Shown here: positions 59,293 to 64,000 of the stretch, one piece after another | Position numbering within the stretch: position 1 is the stretch's first letter | How the letters are laid out: every line of letters starts with the position of its first letter | Virus record (IMG/VR): IMGVR_UViG_3300045988_125828 | Location: 1 to 64,000 of that record | Source: a virus | DNA length: 64,000 bases | Reading direction: 5' to 3' (one strand) | Notes under the pieces: model-generated | Database searches by the model: none | Told to the model about the DNA's origin: nothing | The model's input: only the letters and a program-made list of their open reading frames with translations | Program-made: the position numbers and the translations under genes

Positions 59293-59925
59293 ATGCCAAA
59301 GTACAATGAAATCAGAGTTGAGCAGAACAATAGTATGCCCCTCTTTGCGCCTAACAGTGCGACAACTGTATCGTTATCTCTACTAAGTACCACAAGCGAA
59401 ATCAAACGCTACTTCATGGCGGTGCTTGAATTATCAAAATCAAAAGAAGAATTTCCGGTAAATCTTGATGCGGTGTGGGCACTTGCTTATACCACCAAAA
59501 GAAACGCCTTTGTTGAACTTAAAAAATCATTTATTGAAGGTGTTGATTTTTACCTTATGCAAAAGAATAAGGTCATAAATACCAACAACTTAGCAAACGG
59601 AGTAAAATACGATTGCTACCTTTCCCTACCCTGCATAGAATTCTTCATAGCAAGGAAAGTTCGCCCCGTATTTGATGTGTACCGCGAAGTCTTCCACAAG
59701 GTAAACGAGATTGTCCCGAAGGTTGCCAAATCAAGCGCAGCCGACAAACGGAAGATAGCAAGACTTGAAAAAGAAATCGAAACACTCGAAGAACAACTCA
59801 AATGGGCAAGGTGGAGCGAACGCAGGGAAATAGAACTAAAGTGCGCTTGCTTCTCCTATCTCGTAAAGACGAAGCAATACAAGAACTGGGAAGAATACAG
59901 AAGAACGGGGATAGTCAAAAAGTAA
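59293..59925 (+). CDS. antirepressor-like / DNA-binding protein, paralog of 6534..7349
   Basis: Shared N-terminal domain (see 6534..7349), then a C-terminal coiled coil. Confidence 0.45.
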   Translation: MPKYNEIRVEQNNSMPLFAPNSATTVSLSLLSTTSEIKRYFMAVLELSKSKEEFPVNLDAVWALAYTTKRNAFVELKKSFIEGVDFYLMQKNKVINTNNLANGVKYDCYLSLPCIEFFIARKVRPVFDVYREVFHKVNEIVPKVAKSSAADKRKIARLEKEIETLEEQLKWARWSERREIELKCACFSYLVKTKQYKNWEEYRRTGIVKK

Positions 59926-60037
59926 TAGCCATGGTTGAAATACTTATTGTGCTGGGTAGCCTTTTATCAGGCTACCTCACTTTCCGAAAGAACGGAGAGA
60001 AACTTTTCTATTGATATAACTTAAAAATTTCATACTT

Positions 60038-60877
60038 ATGAACACTTCAATTATTAAATTCGATTACAACGGAAATCAAATTCCTTTTGAAAAAGGAGAT
60101 GATGTAATGGTAAACCTTACAGCTATGGCGAAAGCCTATCCTGATAAGAATTTATCCACAATTGTTAACTCACAGGAAATCAGTGATTATTGCGCATCCC
60201 TTTCAAAACTAAAAAATTTTAGTTTTGCTGATTTACTGATAGTTAGGAAAGGAGCACCCGATTTAGGAGGAGGTACTTGGGCGCATCGCCTTGTCGCTAT
60301 TCGTGTCGCTCAAAAACTAAATTCCGATTTAGCGGTATGGGTGGATATGAGAGTGGATGAACTTCTTAAATACGGCATGACCGCTACACAGCCAACTTTG
60401 GAACAAATGATTAACAACCCCGACCTTGTTATCAGCCTTGCCACCCAGCTAAAGAACGAACGAGAGGAGAAACAAAGGATAGAGACAGAAAATTTGTATC
60501 TAAAAGAACAGAATGAAGCACAGCGCCCGGCTGTTGTATTTACAGAAAGCGTAAAGGTAAGTAACACAAACATACTTATTGAAGACCTTGCGAAGCTGAT
60601 AACTCAAAATGGATATACTATTGGGGAAATCAGATTATATAATTGGTTGGTGGATAATGGGTATTTGATACGGCATAAAAGATGGAGCAATTCAAGAAGG
60701 AAATATGAAAACTATTATACTCCAACGCAGAGAGCTGCGGAAATGAAGTTGTTTTGGGTTTCAGAAAGGGTAATTTCAAATCCAGGTCAACCGCAGTTTA
60801 CAAAATTTACATGCTATGTCACAGGAGAGGGGCAGGTGTATTTTATTAATAAATTCAATAAATTAAAAGTAGCATAA
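60038..60877 (+). CDS. KilA-N + KilAC (ANT) antirepressor
   Basis: N-terminal MVNLTAMAKAYPDKNLSTIVNS...GGGTWAHRLVAIRVAQKLNSDLAVWV (KilA-N). C-terminal ILIEDLAKLITQNGYTIGEIRLYNWLVDNGYLIRH (KilAC). Confidence 0.75.
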   Translation: MNTSIIKFDYNGNQIPFEKGDDVMVNLTAMAKAYPDKNLSTIVNSQEISDYCASLSKLKNFSFADLLIVRKGAPDLGGGTWAHRLVAIRVAQKLNSDLAVWVDMRVDELLKYGMTATQPTLEQMINNPDLVISLATQLKNEREEKQRIETENLYLKEQNEAQRPAVVFTESVKVSNTNILIEDLAKLITQNGYTIGEIRLYNWLVDNGYLIRHKRWSNSRRKYENYYTPTQRAAEMKLFWVSERVISNPGQPQFTKFTCYVTGEGQVYFINKFNKLKVA

Positions 60878-60878
60878 A

Positions 60879-61259
60879 ATGAGAACAGATGTAAGGACAG
60901 TGTACCATTGCGAACATTGCAACAAAATATCACTCAACAAAGGGGCTATGACATTACATGAGGATAAATGCAAAAGAAACCCCGTTAATAGAGCTTATTG
61001 CATAGGATGCGAGCATCTCATAGTAGAGGATATAGAATATAACGATAAGATTAGTGAATGCGATTCTGATGAGTTTACTCCAGGTGTAAGGCCTCGCCGC
61101 AAATTTATATGCGATATAGACAACAAGGTAATGTATCATCCAAAAGTCAGAACGTTCAGTAAGGAGAAAAGAGATATGATACTTAGCATATCTCAAAAGC
61201 CTATGCCTAATCAGATTGAAGGTTGCAAGGACTTTGAGGAAAGGGATATTCCATTTTGA
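60879..61259 (+). CDS. zinc-finger protein (126 aa)
   Basis: YHCEHCNKISLNKGAMTLHEDKC (C2H2/C2HC-like) plus CIGCEH. Confidence 0.55.
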   Translation: MRTDVRTVYHCEHCNKISLNKGAMTLHEDKCKRNPVNRAYCIGCEHLIVEDIEYNDKISECDSDEFTPGVRPRRKFICDIDNKVMYHPKVRTFSKEKRDMILSISQKPMPNQIEGCKDFEERDIPF

Positions 61260-61292
61260 TTATGAAACTATTATTATTAAAATACAAGTATT

Positions 61293-61703
61293 ATGCTATA
61301 CGAATTTAAGCTTAAAGTAAACAAGGTTAACGAGAAAGGCGATGAAAAAGAAGTTACCGAGCAATTCATCACTGATGTAGATTTGTTCTGTCAGGCAGAA
61401 CAGAAAGGACTTGAAATGTACGCTTCTAACAATATGGAGTGTGACGTTTTCGCAATCAGCCGTAGCAAGATACGTGAGATTGTCAATGAGAAGCAGGATG
61501 ATGAGTTCTTTTACAAGGTTACTCTGATTGATGTTTTCGTTGACGATAAAGGCAATGAAAAAAGCAACAAGTACTATGTTCTCATTTCCGCAAAAGACAT
61601 GGATGATGCCAACAAAAAGGCGGCGGAATACATGAAGCAGGGACTTCAAGATATGAAGCTGGATGCTATTGCCAAAACAAAGATTTTAGACTTAATAAAA
61701 TAA
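61293..61703 (+). CDS. hypothetical protein (136 aa; possibly DUF4494-like)
   Basis: Track ORF. The resemblance to Bacteroidota DUF4494 proteins is from memory only. Confidence 0.6.
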   Translation: MLYEFKLKVNKVNEKGDEKEVTEQFITDVDLFCQAEQKGLEMYASNNMECDVFAISRSKIREIVNEKQDDEFFYKVTLIDVFVDDKGNEKSNKYYVLISAKDMDDANKKAAEYMKQGLQDMKLDAIAKTKILDLIK

Positions 61704-61810
61704 ACCAAAAGCCCTCTACTGATGTAGAAGTCCTGTGAAAGGTTCAGGTTAAGATTTAATCAGCTAACAAATTAACTATCCCGGTGTGGTTTGACCGCCT
61801 ATCCGGGAAC

Positions 61811-61837
61811 AAGGGCCTGTGAAGGTCTTCCTTTTTT
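61811..61837 (+). terminator. hairpin + T-run
   Basis: AAGGGCC-tgtgaa-GGTCTTCCTT followed by TTTT. Confidence 0.45.
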
Positions 61838-61915
61838 ATTAGATATTCATACATACTCGTCAAGCCCAATCAGGGTTACGCCAATGGCACTGTATACGGG
61901 AACTGGCGAGAAAAC

Positions 61916-62046
61916 GGAGAATATGGTAGCGCTGAACGTATTGGAATGACATAGTGTGATTTGCCATGATTATTTAAGGTTAGTTTATATTCAGTTTCAA
62001 TAATTCCAGCAAAACAGCGTGCCCTGTTCGATTCGGGGCTTCTCCT
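61916..62046 (+). ncRNA. second tRNA-like element (acceptor + T arm, no clear D arm, long central arm)
   Basis: GGAGAA (61916-61921) pairs with TTCTCC (62040-62045). T arm GCCCTG-TTCGATT-CGGGGC (62021-62039). CGCTG/CAGCG and TGGAAT/ATTCCA form a long arm. Confidence 0.3.
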
Positions 62047-62061
62047 CTAAATATATTTACC

Positions 62062-62226
62062 ATGAGACTTACATTAACCAAAACAGAAATTGCAATTGTT
62101 CAGAAACTTGTGATAGACCGAAAGTGTGACATTCATAATGCAGGAGGTGACAGCAAGCAGTATGAGATGCTAAGTAAGCTAAACAAAAAAAATGCAAGGC
62201 AGGCAAAGAAATTTTATAAAACATGA
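62062..62226 (+). CDS. hypothetical protein (54 aa, below track cut-off)
   Basis: ATG 62062, MRLTLTKTEIAIVQKLVIDRKCDIHNAGGDSKQYEMLSKLNKKNARQAKKFYKT. ATGA overlap with the next ORF. Confidence 0.45.
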   Translation: MRLTLTKTEIAIVQKLVIDRKCDIHNAGGDSKQYEMLSKLNKKNARQAKKFYKT

Positions 62227-62408
62227 AACCCTACGTAATTACCTCTATGGCTCTCATTACACACAGCGGGAAAAAGTTACCGCTTACAGTAATAGAGAGC
62301 CACATCCTAACAAAACCTTTGGAAACAATCAAGGATAAGCTGCTTGATGCTTTCTCTACGATGAAAGACAAGCCGGTGAATGTTGAATTGAAAATAAAAT
62401 ATGTATGA
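62223..62408 (+). CDS. hypothetical protein (61 aa)
   Basis: Track ORF, coupled on both sides. Confidence 0.55.
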   Translation: MKPYVITSMALITHSGKKLPLTVIESHILTKPLETIKDKLLDAFSTMKDKPVNVELKIKYV

Positions 62409-62758
62409 AAAATGTAGAAAGTAAAATACAAATAGCTTGTGTTAATTGGTTTCGTTACCAATATCCCAAATACAAAAAACTCCTATTTTCTGTTCCTAAT
62501 GGTGGCGCAAGAAATTCAATCACTGGAGCAATCCTAAAAATGGAGGGCGCGCTTGCAGGCGTGTCTGATCTTATTTTTTTGAAACCGAACCGTTTTTATG
62601 GCTGCTTGTGCATTGAAATGAAACAGCCAAAAGGGAGACAACAAGAAAGCCAAAAAGAGTGGCAGAAAGCCGTAGAGTCAGCAGGAAATAAATATGTTGT
62701 TGTCCGTTCGCTTGACGAGTTTATAGAAGTAGTAACCGATTATCTGAAAGATGTATAA
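62405..62758 (+). CDS. VRR-NUC domain nuclease
   Basis: FSVPNGG ... GVSDLIF ... CIEMK (PD-(D/E)XK core). Confidence 0.75.
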   Translation: MKNVESKIQIACVNWFRYQYPKYKKLLFSVPNGGARNSITGAILKMEGALAGVSDLIFLKPNRFYGCLCIEMKQPKGRQQESQKEWQKAVESAGNKYVVVRSLDEFIEVVTDYLKDV

Positions 62759-62760
62759 CT

Positions 62761-63054
62761 ATGGCAGAATCATTTAAGAATGATTACAAGGACGACAAAC
62801 TCCGCTGGGATTTGCTCCCGCTGGATTTGATAGAGGAAATAGTTAAGGTATATCACTTTGGCGCAAAGAAGTACGCTCCTAATAGCTGGCAGAATCTTCC
62901 TGACGCGGAAAACCGATATTATTCTGCGCTTCTTCGGCACTTGGTAGCATATCGAAAAGGTGAAACGAAAGACGAGGAAAGCGGGCTTCATCCGCTTGCT
63001 CATGTTATATGGAACGGGCTTGCACTGCTCTATTTTGCAATAAAGAAAAAATAA
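62761..63054 (+). CDS. DUF5664 / MazG-like nucleotide pyrophosphohydrolase-type domain protein
   Basis: KLRWDLLPLDLIEEIVKVYHFGAKKYAPNSWQNL...ALLRHLVAYRKGETKDEESGLHPLAHVIWNGLALLYF. Confidence 0.5.
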   Translation: MAESFKNDYKDDKLRWDLLPLDLIEEIVKVYHFGAKKYAPNSWQNLPDAENRYYSALLRHLVAYRKGETKDEESGLHPLAHVIWNGLALLYFAIKKK

Positions 63055-63086
63055 TAAAAATCCCGATGATCCATTTGGGGATATAG

Positions 63087-63497
63087 ATGAGTATAAAAAA
63101 TGTTTATATGGAAATAAATAGAATAGCCCATGAATGGGCATGCAGCAATAAAGATAAGTCTTTAGAGGAAGCTTTCACAGCGGGGTTTAGCTATAATCAT
63201 AAAATTGCAGGATTAAAGAATATAGATGAACGAAAGGAGAAGTTTAAGGCAGAAGTGCTTCTTTATCAAAGTCAATATCCTGATTATATGCTGATTGAAT
63301 TTTATGAATACTGGTCTGAGTGCGGGGGACGGAAAATGAGGTTTGAGAAAGAAAAGACATTTGAGGTTAGTAAGAGATTAGCGCGCTGGAGTAATAATAG
63401 CTTTAGAAATAATGGGAACAGAAATTACACTAACAAGCAAGGAAATAGCGGTTCTATCTTCCAAGCAGCTGATAGCTATCTGCAAGAACATCAGTAG
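63087..63497 (+). CDS. hypothetical protein (136 aa)
   Basis: Track ORF. Confidence 0.6.
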   Translation: MSIKNVYMEINRIAHEWACSNKDKSLEEAFTAGFSYNHKIAGLKNIDERKEKFKAEVLLYQSQYPDYMLIEFYEYWSECGGRKMRFEKEKTFEVSKRLARWSNNSFRNNGNRNYTNKQGNSGSIFQAADSYLQEHQ

Positions 63498-64000
63498 CGA
63501 GATAACAACCATTAAACAAGCAATCAATTCTCCGCCAATCCAGCTGTCACAATGGAAATCCGTTAATGCGGATTGCATAAAGGCCGTCCTTGTAAAATTT
63601 ATCGAAGGAACACTTTTGTTTTATGGAAGAACGAGGGAAGACATGAATGATTATCAAGTCGCTTCCGTCGTTAACTCTATTCTTGAGAAATACTACTATT
63701 TCCGTATTGAAGATGTATGTCTTTGCTTTAAACGTGCTCGCGAAAATTCGGCATACGGTAAGTTCTACGGTCGCATTGACGGTTCCGTAATAATGAACTG
63801 GTTTGCTACTTATGACAGGGAGCGTGACGAAATAATACACTCTTTCAATGATGTAAAGATTGAGCATAACACATCTGAAAACATATCACGTGAGGAATAC
63901 AAGGAAATTCTCTTTGCGAAAATGGCAGGAGGAGATTTGTATGCAAATGCCGATTACATGAAGATGTGCGAGATAAATAATCTATTCTTCGATAAGAGAA
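63412..64000 (+). CDS. hypothetical protein, 3' end outside window
   Basis: Frame open from 63382 to the window end. First ATG at 63412 (MGTEITLTSKEIAVL...). Overlaps the previous ORF by 86 nt. Absent from the track because it has no stop in the window. Confidence 0.55.
   Translation, partial: MGTEITLTSKEIAVLSSKQLIAICKNISSEITTIKQAINSPPIQLSQWKSVNADCIKAVLVKFIEGTLLFYGRTREDMNDYQVASVVNSILEKYYYFRIEDVCLCFKRARENSAYGKFYGRIDGSVIMNWFATYDRERDEIIHSFNDVKIEHNTSENISREEYKEILFAKMAGGDLYANADYMKMCEINNLFFDKR

Overview
The window is almost entirely tailed-phage DNA: a siphovirus-like, temperate phage with no recognisable host housekeeping genes. The host is probably a Bacteroidota member. This is an inference from many TAnnTTTG -7 promoter boxes, FASC-type lipoboxes, a BACON/Ig-like domain and a CTnDOT-like integrase.

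Layout:
- 1-7.7 kb (+): small early/accessory genes, with an HNH homing endonuclease, a NUMOD-type endonuclease-like gene and an antirepressor-like gene.
- 7.9-36.2 kb (-): late genes. In transcription order these are scaffold, decoration-like, major capsid, neck, major tail protein, G/GT chaperones, a 1671-aa tape measure, tail tip, a 1540-aa tail protein with an S74 chaperone domain, two paralogous receptor-binding proteins, and holin / M15 endolysin / spanin-like. A + strand moron cassette sits at 22.6-24.6 kb.
- 36.6-42.2 kb (+): intein-containing large terminase, portal, MuF-like protein, small terminase.
- 42.3-44.3 kb (-): D5/P4-type primase-helicase, followed by a 1.1 kb AT-rich iteron region (putative ori).
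- 45.4-48.9 kb (+): small accessory genes and a tyrosine recombinase.
- 49.2-64 kb: lysogeny/early region with integrase, two HTH repressor-like genes, RNase H, excisionase-like HTH, SSAP + YqaJ exonuclease + SSB-like protein, HicAB, KilA-N/KilAC antirepressor, VRR-NUC and a DUF5664/MazG-like protein.

Most interesting observations:
1. A class-3-like (Ala1, W-C-T) LAGLIDADG intein in the terminase P-loop.
2. A tRNA-like gene with a ~40 nt anticodon-loop insertion, followed by a ~390 nt highly structured non-coding region. A second tRNA-like T-arm/acceptor lies in another 350 nt gap.
3. A conserved promoter-proximal terminator leader in front of two late operons (lambda pR'-tR'-like), plus a recurrent inverted motif ATTTTCTA-N-TAGAAAATAGRTGA at four control regions.
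4. An attenuator with mutually exclusive helices in front of the early operon.
5. Two poly-A -1 frameshift sites. One is the canonical G/GT site; the other adds a BACON/Ig-like domain to the major tail protein.

All functional calls come from reading the translations and sequence by eye. No database search was run.
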